DNA of 36,522 bases, taken from assembly GCA_051453625.1 (NCBI GenBank), contig JBOZIK010000001.1, positions 17,903,872 to 17,940,393 of the forward strand, written 5' to 3'. Made by a program: the position numbers and the translations under genes. The notes under the pieces are model-generated. The model was not told where the DNA came from. It ran no database searches and worked only from the letters and a program-made list of their open reading frames with translations. Source of the DNA: Welwitschia mirabilis. Its lineage: Eukaryota. Positions 24,787 to 36,522 of this stretch are shown here, one piece after another. Each line of letters begins with the position of its first letter. Positions within the stretch are counted from its first letter, which is position 1.

Positions 24787-26320
24787 TCTAGTTAGTTTGC
24801 TCATAATACATTCTTTACACTAAGGAAAATCCTAGGGAGTGGATGGCAGAAACCAATGGCCATTCTTACACATTGCATTCATCATACGAGAAGTAGGATA
24901 TCCTAGTCAAGTATGCCATAGTAGTAAGGAAGATATCTTATCTTAGAAAAATGTGCAAGTGATCTCTCACATTTTGATAAAATCATGAAGACAAATGATC
25001 TTTCCATTAATGTATTCTTTCATAACCAGTTATTAAGTTTTATCATAAATGTTCACTAAGGCCCTTATCATGGAAATAGAGTAATCTTATTAAAGTATAG
25101 TGGAAGGTAATAGAAGATGCAACCTCAAAAGAAGAACATATAGAACATGAGAAATAGTCTAATGAGAGAGTGATGTCAAGTTAAGAATAGCCAAATCATA
25201 GCCTTCCACTAGAATTGAAATTTTATCTACCAAATAAACTTGACTTGCTGCTTTGATAAATTCATCAAAATAATCACATCGATAAGTCATGTAATAGATT
25301 ATAACTATGTCAAGAATCCATGTTTCATCATAAGGTATATGCTTACTTATATCAACAATGTTAGAGATATCAAAAGTTTTATTTGATTCAAAATTTTTAA
25401 TATCATTAAGGAAATCCGATTCTTTAGTAACTACAATTACCCTATAGAAGTCCATGGTATGACCTTATCTTCCACATCATAAGCACTAATATTTATTCTT
25501 CTTAGAGTTAGTAATATCTAAACTTGCTTCTTATTTTATTTATTATAATTAAGGTTTTTTTAACTATTTTTATGGAACCTTAAATGGAATTTACAGGTAT
25601 GTTAATGAGGAGAGTAATAATAATGAGAAACTTTTCATCTAACATCAGAAGAGAAAGATCAGATGAAGTTAAACTAAGAGTCAGTAAAAATGAAATCGTC
25701 GCTAAGCATATAAGATTCTATATTTTTCAATTACTTACTACAATGTTGTAACATAAAATAACTATGTAAAAATGATTCTTCCAAATAATAGCAGATGAAG
25801 TTAACATAATAAAGGCAAACTTACTTTCATGAATCAATCTTTGCTACCTCATGTTTGATGTCTCATACCTATGCAAATCAATTATTTAATCTATCCTTTT
25901 TCATAATGTAGATCATTCATGTCAGTTATAATATTAAGGAAATACAAGTCATTTTTGAAATAGAAAATGTCCCTTAAATTATAAAAGTTGTTGTAGCTTA
26001 ATTTAGTCTTATCAACCAACTTCTTATATTAATAAGTAACAAACTTTTGCATAATCTCTATTAATTTTTTATTAATATATTACCAAGTAACTTCTTCAAC
26101 TAGATTTTAAATAGGTCTATAAGCATGAACCAAAAAGTCCTTCTCATAACTATTAGTCTACATAGTAGATATGAAATCCCATGCCAAACCTTCCATGACT
26201 AATCATCTTAAAGAGTAACTCTAATGTTGGCCATGATCCTAGTGATAAGAATGGGTGTGAAGAATTCTAATAACCATTAAAACTTTCCCTTTAAAGATGA
26301 TACCAAATGCACCATTGTTA
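24787..26320 (-). pseudogene. gag-pol: Ty1/copia gag plus protease plus pre-integrase, copy 2 (paralogous to 23141-24686)
   Basis: ORF 25159..25455 (DFYR..VVTKESD..DIK.F.SN..FD.S..ETWILDIVIIYYMTY) aligns with ORF 23409..23807. The DNA is collinear with 23141-24686. Confidence 0.85.
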
Positions 26321-27932
26321 AAAAAGTATGAAATTTAGAAAAGATTTGATAAGTTATGAGGTAAAGTCAAGAATCAAAGAAATCTTGCTTACATTCACAA
26401 TTGAAAATGATTTATCTATCATACAAATAAATTTTCTCAAAGTAAAAAAAGAAGATATATAAAAAATAGGACTAATAAATGGTATACTCATAAGAAAAGG
26501 GATCTTACTTTCATCCACAATATCAAGTGATCTATTAAAATTATAGTGTAGTAAAAGGAAAGAGACAAAAAATGTCATGACAAAGAAGTATATTCATAAT
26601 AAAAGGGAATTAAGCTCAAAGAATTAAGTGATCTAGTCAAATCACAAAGTGTGATAACTAAAAAAAACCCTTTCAACTAGTGAGAACCTACACGCATAAG
26701 AAAGAAAACAAAGATACTTTATTTAAAATTTCTTAATGTAAGTGAGGTAGATTTTAATGAAGGAGGTTTAGTTTGATTATTAGGTGATGAAAATGCTAAA
26801 ATTATTTAATTTAAGATTCTACTCTTGAATCTAGGAAGTGATCACATCCTCTTCAAGGATAGTACCCTAATCTCCAAAGAGAGTAAAAAGATAAAATATG
26901 AATTACATCAATGGCACTTCTAAGCCATTAACTAGTTTTGGTTACTTTAGTTATATACCCTTTAAAGAAACAGTACTATGCAATGTTAGCAACCTATTTA
27001 TACCTTTTTAGACTATTAAATTTTAAATTTTATTAAAACTATATTCCTTGGTTATAAAATCTAAGTAGGTCCTAGCACTATACCTCTAACCTTCACTTGA
27101 TATAACCTTGATTACCAAAACATACATGGGAATCTATACCTTTGATGCTTAGGATATTTTTGCTTAAGAGAGATATGGCTCTCCATATGGCTCGAACTTC
27201 ATAGTTATAATAGTTAAGACTACATAATAAGCTTTAAAAGGTAATGTAAAACTCGACAAGGATCTATGTCTATGTACATCTCCCCATACCCTCCGCTAAT
27301 CAAAAACTTATTACTAGTAAAAACATTTAAGTATTCAAGGGATAAAAGGTAATTTCCCTTTTTATGACTTAAGTAGGATTAATAAAATCATAAGATATAA
27401 GAAGAAAACAAAGATCAATACATAGTAAAAAGTATTGATCATGGTATAGTTAAGCTAAGTAGATCTTATTCAGTATCCACCTTATCTTAATCTATCTAAG
27501 TTATAAAAAATAGTCCAAAAGAAATAAAAAAAATAAAGTCATCAAAAAAATTAAAAAGATAAACCTATAATATAAGGAAAAGATTTCAAAAACTTCAAAT
27601 CAAGGGATCTTGCTTAAGATTCCAACTTGATTTGATACAAAAAATTGATTTTTTGGTTTATAAGTTTGAAAGAATATCTAAAAAACTTAAAAACTAACTA
27701 AAAAACTTAAAAATAAAAGAAGTGCATAAAATTTTGCATGTGCACAAGATTAAGCTAAAAGCTAAAAAATTGCTAGCTAAAGTTCATATGTAAAAATCTA
27801 AATGACAGGTAAGCTATGGCTTAGAAAAACTGCTTGTGTGTAATAAAGAACTAAAAGATGATCAATGGTTGGTAATTTTACATGTGTGTGCACTAGAAAA
27901 ATAAGTAGTATAAATTTTAAAAAGTTGAAATT

Positions 27933-28004
27933 TATAGCTCCTAGAATCAAACATGTGACTTATAGATTCAAAAGTCACCATCTTAACCACTACACCAGAA
28001 TAGT
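27933..28004 (-). pseudogene. Decayed tRNA-like (Gln-TTG-like) or SINE-head Pol III promoter module
   Basis: The minus strand reads TGGTGTAGTGGTTAAGATGGTGACTTTTGAATCTATAAGTCACATGTTTGATTCTAGGAGC. It has A-box TGGTGTAGTGG, a GACTTTTGAATC loop, and B-box GTTTGATTC starting 45 nt after the A-box start. Acceptor and T stems do not pair. Confidence 0.55.
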
Positions 28005-29165
28005 ATTGGTGTTATGATCCTTGTCCTATAGCCTTAAGTAAAAACCAAAAAAATTAACACCAGTTAATAAATGTAATAAAGCAGCAGTAGCAACTAGTCA
28101 TTTATGCTCAGAGAAAAGGCAATGATAGTGGACATGATAGGAAAAAAGGCATAGAGTTTTATAACACATAGCAGATGGAGGCATGGATGCTAGCAAAAGA
28201 GTAATAACAGGTGTAGAACATGGAACTTAGCAGGTAGACCAAGCACTGGGAAAGTGTAGGATCACTACAAGCACAAAAAGAAAAAAGTGCCTAGGCAGTA
28301 AGAATCATAGAGTAGGCTAAGACATGTAACAAGTTGCAAAGAAACAATGAGACCATTAATGCACAAATCAAGGCAAGTATGTAGCAAAAGCAACGGCTGA
28401 AACAAACTATGCAAGAAATGCAAGTGAACTGTGAGACAAACCAAAGAAAACAACCTTAAAAGAGGTGAAACAAAGGCATTAGAGAAAGCAAGCATAGTAG
28501 TATAGTATGATGAGTGGAAAGGAAATAAAGGATTACAAGAGTGTAGAAACACAAAGCATAAGAGAAGCACAAAATAGTAAGTTCAAGAGATTTAAGTAAA
28601 GGATAAAAGGTCATTAGGTCACTGCAAAAAAAATGTGATAGGTAGATGAAGGGAGCGCATGAAAGATCAGTAACAAGAAAGCCTAGAGGTAATTGTAGTG
28701 ACATGATTCAATTAACATATGGAGACAAGCTACCATGAAAAAAGCCCTAAAAAGTGATTTTTTCCTTAAAAAAGTTCATTTTGCTTTAAAAATAATATGG
28801 CCCTATAAAATGAAATCTTTACAAAAATTCTTAAGAAAATTACTCTTCCAAAAAAAATAGACACCCCTTTAAAATTTAAATGCCCTTTTAAAATGAATCT
28901 TTAAAGGAAAAAACAAGCCTCCTAAAGAAAAATATGCTCCTTAGAAATATCCTCCTTAGAAGGGAAAAAAATTATATTTTCTCTAGAAAAATTTTAAGAG
29001 AAAAAAACATAAAAATTGAAAGAAAAAATAAGACTAGGATAGAAAAAGAGAACACCAAAATAGAAATCCAATGAACACTTTAAGAGGATCTAAAAAACTC
29101 CAAAGAGTCCATAAGAATCTTCAAAGCTTAAGAATGGCCAAAAACTCTATAAGATCTCCTCCAAA

Positions 29166-29177
29166 GCTACGATACTA
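29166..29177 (-). other. Decayed tRNA-iMet primer binding site
   Basis: Minus-strand TAGTATCGTAGC versus canonical TGGTATCAGAGC (9/12), 2 nt after the LTR-terminal CCAACA. Confidence 0.7.
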
Positions 29178-29179
29178 CT

Positions 29180-29369
29180 TGTTGGAAAATAGAAGAATAA
29201 CAGAGATGAGAAAGATTTTTCAAAATAAAAATTTTATTTCTCCAAAAATATTATTCATTCTTATTACATTATAAATGCTGCTTATAAAGATAGGCACATC
29301 CTTAAGGATTTACTAAAGTTTTCATGTCTCCTTAGGTATAAGACCACTATGTGTATACAAACTTTAACA
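29180..29369 (-). repeat. 5' LTR (190 bp) of the copia element
   Basis: Minus strand 5'-TGTTAAAG...TTCCAACA-3' with TGTT/AACA termini, adjacent PBS, and homology to 20066-20154. Confidence 0.75.
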
Positions 29370-30654
29370 GAATTATCCTAAAATGGTTATAATTTTGATT
29401 AATTTTAAAGGTATATATAAGTATGATATATTTTTATTTATTTATTTATTTATTTATGTTTCTCTTAAAATGATTAAGTTCTCTAAGGTATCCTGTAACA
29501 TCATGGACTTATGGTTAAAAATTTAAAATATTTTAAATTCTTCAAATAACTTCAATTTACTAAGATTATTATTATTCTTATTTATAAAGTAATAGAGTTT
29601 TTAAAAGACATAATTCTGAACTAATCATTCCTCTAAGATCATTTAGGAATTAGAGTTATTAAAAAGATAATTAACATTATGATTACTTAGGGATTATGAT
29701 TATCATTAATATAATTAACTTATAAAATTATAATTAATTAATATAAATTTGATCTAAGTTAACATTGAGTTATGAGACCTTTATGTAACATCCTAATTTA
29801 AATTACTCTTATTAAGAATAATTTTATTTTTATCTTTATCTAGAATTTAAATTAATTAGAATACTTAGTAAAATCTAGGATTGAATTCTACATATACTTT
29901 ACTAAGATAAATATTCATATTTAGAAATAGTAGACATTATGAACATTTTATATAAAATTAAATATTAATTATTTTAGTATATAAATACTAGCACTGTTAC
30001 AATATTGTATTATATTTCTTTTTAGTTTTGTGTCACATAGAGGTTTCTTATATATAGTTGATGAGATGTAAATATGTTATAATATATACATGCATATAGG
30101 TTTAGGATAATTTTTAGCTAATATAATAAGATTTTGCAACTCTAATTAATGTCATTTCAACTCAATGTTTGGCCACCATACAGATGTGAGTTGATTCTAT
30201 TTTAGGTTCTAAACTATAAGGAACATAACTGAGCTTAAGTCCATAGGCTTATACATCATTTTAATATACCATCAAGAAGGCGAAAACCAATATGCATGGT
30301 GGATGCATGATTACAAATATCCTATACTTCCTTGAAGCATCTGAAGATGGTATAACATAATTCTTTACCACCAAGTATTTGGAATATTAAGTTAGAGTAA
30401 GTCCATAAATCAATGAAGTAGAACTATGATAATTAAATTCAGTTCTAAAAGGATTTTATAAAAATGCATTGCAATCCACCTTGTTAATGATATGAAAGTA
30501 TGGACATGATAATTATTATGATTATTTTAATGTAGTTATCATTCATTAAATAAACTAGATAAATGCATTATACTATTTTAACTAATATGAATATTTCGTT
30601 GATTATTAATGTAAGAAAAAAATCTAATTTTATTTAGTTTACTTTATTATATAT

Positions 30655-30758
30655 AATCATACATAAAAGGAAAAAAATCTACATAATATTTATTTGGCAT
30701 ATTAACAATCATACATAACACATAAGAAAACATACATAAACTTTATTTGGCATATTAA
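30655..30758. repeat. ~52 bp degenerate tandem duplication
   Basis: AATCATACATAA...TACATAA..TTTATTTGGCATATTAA at 30655 and 30707. Confidence 0.8.
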
Positions 30759-31660
30759 AATACGAATGCATTTGAAATAAGTATTGTAATGGTAACTAAG
30801 TTGGTGTAAATAGATTTCTTTTATTTCATATTAATAATAGTATCTTCCAAATAAATCACTATACTTCTTTAAAGTTTGTTTTAAAAATTAGATATTCTAT
30901 GCATAAAACTATAGCCTCTTTAAACTCATCTTTTTCAAGCTTAACTAGTAAATTTTAACATGATAGTGTAAATAATAAGGAGAAAAATAGAAATGCAAGA
31001 CATAATGCTTAAATAAAACAAATAAAGAAAATGATAATTAATAGAACTAATTAACTTAACTAAATTACAAAAGTGAAAACCCTCATAAATTTCTAAATAT
31101 ACATATTAAAATATAAGTAAGTAAATAAGAGTTGAATTTTATATGTATGTGAAAAAGAAAAAATAATATTACAAATATAACGTTGGAGTATAGATTCCTT
31201 ATTAATTAGTTAAAGTTAACTTATGTTAATTAAGACTTTCATGTATTATTCAAGAATAAAGGTCCTAATAAGAAAGTTATACATTATACTTTACCATGTA
31301 ACATTTACAAAAATTAACATAGAATGAAATTATTTTAATTATTATCCATTTGAAGTCCTTAAATTATTAGCATAATTATACTAAATAAATTTTTTTATTA
31401 TTAATAACATTAATTATAGTTTTTTTTGTTTTTTAAAAAACATTACAACTAAAAGTTAATAATTATTTATTTATAAAGATAAAAATAAATTATGATCATT
31501 TTTCTTAAATTGGACTCATGATATAATATTTAGAAATTAACTATGTTAAGTTTTAATTCTTATAAATATATTTTTCAAAATTAAAGTGTGAAAATTATCT
31601 AAATGTTTAATTGTTATAATACCAAACAATACTAAAAGATCAAAACTTTTAAAATACTTT

Positions 31661-31720
31661 AAATTTTTAAGTGATCATAAAGTTTCTGTAAAATTTTTAA
31701 GTGATTACAGAGTTTCTATA
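31661..31720. repeat. 30 bp tandem duplication
   Basis: AAATTTTTAAGTGATCATAAAGTTTCTGTA followed by AAATTTTTAAGTGATTACAGAGTTTCTATA. Confidence 0.85.
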
Positions 31721-34692
31721 AAAATTATTTAATTCTCTGCAATATAAACTATTCATTTATTATAAAATAATAAGTTTATAAATAAAAACTAATTAGTTGC
31801 TATGTTTTATTTTTATATTCTAAGTTATTTCCATCAAATAATCTTTAAACTTTTATCAAGTCATAGAAAAATTACTATTTTTAACTTTACAGTATTAATA
31901 AAATAATTTAATTATAAAAATATTAAATCTATTCAATATTTAATAATTTATGATATTTTTAATTTATGTTTTCAATTTAAACAAAATTAAACTTTAATTA
32001 TAATGATAACATAAAAACCCATAAATAAATTTAAATAATTATAGTTAACAAAATTATTACAAATAATTAATCTATTTAGTATATGTAATATACCACATAA
32101 ATTATTACTAATACAAATCTACGTTGATTAGGAAAAATAATGCATAAGATTAATTTAAAGTAGAAAATTCAATAAACCTTAGGATTGGCATAAAGAACTA
32201 CCTAGCATAACATAGATTAAAGATCAAATAATTCACCTAAGAGGAGGATTCCAATTCATATGTTATCCATAATAAAACTATAAAAACAATTTAATATAAT
32301 GTACAATGAACATGGATATCCATATTCTAAAGTGATCCCCTACTCACCTGGTTAAAATTTTTCATTTGTAACCTTATTAACTCAGAGTGTAAAGACATAC
32401 CTCTAATCTATTCATTATCTTAATTTGAGCCTAATGAAAAGAATAATTTCAATAAAAGAAATGTTAAAATAATCATGTAAAATCTTCTAAAGTAATACTT
32501 TATTACTCCACTAATTTTGTTTTAAAAAAAAACCTAGGCAACATATGAATAAGATAAGTGGAGGAAACCTACTTGGAAATAGACTACTACTTACTGGAAA
32601 TAGATGAAGATTTGATAAAGTTTTAATATTTAAGCTTCAAGATCCAAGTTTCATACTCAAAAAGAAAAGAATTAGAAGAGAAGAGAATAATACAAGAGAA
32701 TGAGAAGGAAATTTAATAGCATCTACTTGCATAAAATTAAAAATTTGATTTTTAAGAAATGAATGGACTCTATTAATAAGTAAGTAATAGATTAAAGGTT
32801 CTTAATCAAATTTTCCATAGACCACACACTATCATACCCCACATTTTATAAACCTTAATTACTTAGATATTAAACATGTTAAGCTTTTAATCAGATGAGG
32901 AATTCCTCTTCTTTAAAGCTTTATTAAAATAAGATGGTATTTTTAGTAATTAATCTTAATTTTATAATTTTCATTGTTTAACATACAAATTATAATATTT
33001 ATGTGGTGAACATTTTCATGAGAAAAGCTATTCAAACATTTGAAACTAGATAAGCCCATTCTATAAGGAATTCAAATTACATAATAAAAATAATAAATTG
33101 AAAATTTTAAAAAGACATAACAATATATTTTTCATCTTATTTACTCATTTAATTCTTTGGTAAATGTAATAGGTATACTATATTATGAACAGAAATTTTC
33201 TTATTTGTATTGTGTGATTGATAGATTATATGCATTATGAGATAAGTAAGAAAGTGCATAAATACATGCACTCTTACCTAGAACCAAGAGTAATGAATGA
33301 GTAGATTTAGTCTACTATGAGTTTTATTTTCTTTAGATGTCTAATGACGCTTGATTTAAAACATATTTATTATTTTATTCATTGGTATTAAAGAGTTTAT
33401 TTCATTATACCACATCACAATTTTGAGATTTGTGCATTTATTTTTTTCATGTATGTCTTAGATAAATTAAGTATACTTATGAGCCTATGAAGGATTAAGA
33501 AGGAGCTAATCTTATTAATTAAAGTAAGAAATTACGCATCCTAGTTAGATGCATCAATCATGAATATGATGTTTCTTTTTGTACTCTAATGTTACTTATC
33601 ATGCATTCTATTTATTAATGATAAATCATATGATCCTATGATCTTTAATTATGTGCCTTTCATTTATCTATATATAGAAACCCATTCCTCTTTTCCAAAA
33701 AAGAGGAGATATATTTATTTTTACATGCACATGCATTTCCTTCTTTTCTCTCTATTTCTTTTCATTCTCTTACTTGAAGTTTGAAAGCTTAAAGTTAAGG
33801 AACTTTTAGCTTGGAACTTCCATCTTCAACCATCAAGGATTTACTAGTATTTCTAAGTAATCCCTTTACTCATCTCGTGCATATGATCTTATCACAATCC
33901 AATTTTTGGGTTAGCCTTAAAATAATCCATTTTTTAAAAAACTAAATTAAATTACATTACACTAATTAAACATCATAGCAAATTGATTAGGATTATGACT
34001 AAGAGACTTAACTCTCAGTTACCCACAAGATTCGTGTCAAGTGAACTATGTGATGATAGTCCATCAATCTTAAAGATAATTAGAAATATTAATTTGGAGC
34101 ACACAAAAAAGTGTATAGTTTGTGCTCAAGTGGTTGATAACACTAACATCTAAGCAACCACGTATACATAATCCCTATCCAAAGGAGTTCAGACCACATG
34201 TAGTTTTATCTTAGATATCATTCTAATCTTTACTAATACAGATAAGCATAATATAGATCAAAGTGATCCATATCAGTAGCATGTCACAATTCTATGCATG
34301 AAAAAATGTAAATAATAATGCAAGAATTTAATATTCAAATCAACATCAACGGCTATCACACACAAATATATGCATATATGCATAGTAACTATATGTAAAA
34401 GTATAGGAGGTAGACAGTCAAGAATGCTTTATAATATCCAATACTATTAAGGAATTCTAATGCATTAATGATGATAATACATATGTATACTAATATAAAT
34501 CAGATATATAGGTATCCAAATGTATATATATAGTGAACCTCCTAGTTACTTGGCCAAAATATCCATTAGTAACCTCCATCATCGAGCATGAGAGATCTCT
34601 TATATCTTACTATAGCATCTTCGTGAGAGCCAATGGAAGAGAAGTATTATAATAGAATGTCATTATAGTAAAATCATGCAAAAATATAATTA

Positions 34693-34732
34693 ACACACAC
34701 ACACACACACATGCATACACACACACGTACAT
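34693..34732. repeat. Interrupted (AC)n microsatellite
   Basis: (AC)9 ATGCAT (AC)5 GTACAT. Confidence 0.9.
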
Positions 34733-34791
34733 ACCATTTTAGTAGGGTACCTCTTAGTTGTTCCTTTTAATACAACATAATAAATTTAATA

Positions 34792-34808
34792 ATATATATA
34801 TATATATA
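34792..34808. repeat. (AT)8 microsatellite
   Basis: Perfect AT run. Confidence 0.9.
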
Positions 34809-35440
34809 ATGCCAAAAAGAATAGCATGTATTCCACTAATTAAGTCTCTAATCTCAATAGACTTAGCTCTATGTAAGTTAAAGGATAAAGGTTATTAATT
34901 AAATGTCTAATTATTTTAATAAGCATCAGAGAATAATCACTATTATTATATTATTTTATGCATAGGATAATAAATAACTACTTGCAATATTTTACTCATA
35001 TGCATGAACATGTAAGATATTATATTTAGACATAAATAATTAGAAAGCATTAAGAATATTAGTAGCAACCATGATCATTGGAGACTGTGCTAAAACCTGT
35101 ATCATTCTATAACTATACTATGCATACTATAATTACATTAAATCATACCAATAGCAACATGATTATTAGTTAATACATCCAACAACATCTAACATTTATT
35201 AAAAATCAATTACTAAGTGACTAAGTATAATAAAACATTCTATTAAAATAATTATAAGAACAACATTATCTAAGAAGCCAAAAAAAGTATCTTTAATCTT
35301 GTGTAAACACTTTATTTCATCATGTATTTATTCTAACATTACCTACTTTAAGAATAAAACATGTTTCCTCTTTATAATATGTACATGTAATACTATAAAT
35401 AGGGGATAGCATAATATAAGATATTAATATAATATCATGC

Positions 35441-35480
35441 ATGTATGTGTGTGTGTGTGCATGTGTATGTGTGGGTGTGT
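35441..35480. repeat. Interrupted (GT)n microsatellite
   Basis: ATGTATGTGTGTGTGTGTGCATGTGTATGTGTGGGTGTGT. Confidence 0.85.
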
Positions 35481-35494
35481 ACACATCACATGAG

Positions 35495-35710
35495 ATAACA
35501 TAATATAAAATATTATAATATTATGCATATCATGTAATATAATATAAGATATAAGGAATATAATTTATTATGATATAATATATAATATAAAATTTTTGCA
35601 ATATAATACAATATAATATAATATATTATAATATAATATAACATAATATAATGTAATATAATATTATATTATACATATAATATAATACAGTACAATACAA
35701 TATAATAAAA
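35495..35710. repeat. Degenerate (ATAAT)n low-complexity tract
   Basis: Repeated ATAAT/ACAAT pentamers. Confidence 0.8.
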
Positions 35711-36522
35711 TATGAATGTAATTCAACATATTTTATATTATCATCCACCTCTTTATATTATATTTTTTATCCTTATCCTCAATTAATGATTTTAAGTATA
35801 ATTTAATGTTTTTCTTTCTCATTGACCTAATGTGAGGTAAACATACAAATTTAACAAGATTTCCCTTCTGTCCTTTGTCATTAGAAACAACATAGAGTCC
35901 TTGATTTATGAAGACAATCTAATAACATAATTGTTCTTGATAGCTAATAGCAAAGAATTCTAAGGATACATAATATAGCTATAAAAAAAAAAGAAGATTC
36001 ACTCACNNNNNNNNNNCATGCTCCTTATGTACACTTAAGTTCACTAATATTGTATATAATACAAGAATGGATAAAGATGAGGATGTATCTTAAACTATTA
36101 TATGACACTTTTGAAGGTTAGATTGCCTGATTTAAATACCAATATAAAATTTATTTTTGAAAAGTTTAGTGATGCTTTATCCTTTGAATCATTTGTTATT
36201 TTAAGGATCTAATCATATAATTCCTAGGTTTAATTACACATCTTACTTTTCCTTTTTATGATTTTTGACATAGGTATTAAGACCCCATGTAATTTAACAA
36301 TCCATAAATCACATGATGTGCATAATTTAGAGTCTAATTTGCTAATGAAATGTTATCACATTATAGCAAAAAGAAAGGGACAAGCATATCTATCATCTAT
36401 TAGATTATATTTTCCAATTGATGTCAAACTAATTTCTCTGGTGTAGTGCAATGTTACATATTGTATGCAGATGAGATTGAGTTTTGCAGGTAAAATATTT
36501 GGACCAAAATGCACTAGAGAAA

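Larger units (their letters stand above)
20017..29369 (-). mobile_element. Ancient Ty1/copia LTR retrotransposon (LTR-PBS-long leader-gag-PR-INT-RT-RH-PPT-LTR); left boundary approximate
   Basis: Copia domain order on the minus strand. 20066-20154 and 29281-29369 align without gaps at 61/89 identity. A PBS follows the right LTR and a PPT precedes the left LTR, both in the correct orientation. Confidence 0.75.
317..36016. other. Seven assembly gaps: 317-416, 1568-1646, 7229-7328, 14543-15058, 15794-16482, 24687-24786, 36007-36016
   Basis: Runs of N; three of them are exactly 100 N. Confidence 0.98.

Noticed and set aside
26298..26309. TGATACCAAATG as the PBS/LTR junction of the copia element
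   Set aside because: Only 8 nt match, and the sequence beyond it does not match the 3' LTR whereas 29180-29369 does. It probably lies in the start of gag.
27933..28004. Functional tRNA gene
   Set aside because: Acceptor and T stems do not pair and the B-box is mutated, so it is kept only as a relic.
28265..28704. Leu/Phe/Cys-rich ORFs suggesting a membrane or env-like protein
   Set aside because: Their composition follows from the T/C-rich strand skew, and no motif is recognisable.
32300..34650. Further LTR-like relics (TATA at ~33670, CCCCTACTCAC at ~32337)
   Set aside because: No termini, PBS, PPT or second copy to support boundaries.

Overview
Very AT-rich, strongly CpG-depleted plant-type nuclear DNA from a gapped draft scaffold (7 N-runs). 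It consists mostly of decayed LTR retrotransposons. I find no intact host gene, rRNA, functional tRNA or CRISPR array. The best-supported element is an old minus-strand Ty1/copia retrotransposon at ~20017-29369. It has two short LTRs (61/89 identity over the alignable part), a decayed Met-type PBS, a PPT, and stop-riddled gag, protease, integrase, RT and RNase H. Its ~2.8 kb 5' leader contains a decayed tRNA-like A-box/B-box module, and its gag-protease block appears twice across a 100-N gap. There is also a truncated Sirevirus-like copia 5' end (LTR with palindromic GTCGAC motifs, plus a gag pseudogene, 8345-10500), probable Athila-like gypsy LTR remnants (551-1975, 4750-5660), short tandem repeats and microsatellites. 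I cannot support a novel biological system here. The most interesting items are the tRNA-like module inside the copia leader, the two gag copies with very different CpG decay (probably an assembly chimera), and a periodic hairpin array in the first LTR. All protein calls are by-eye motif recognition and were not database-verified.
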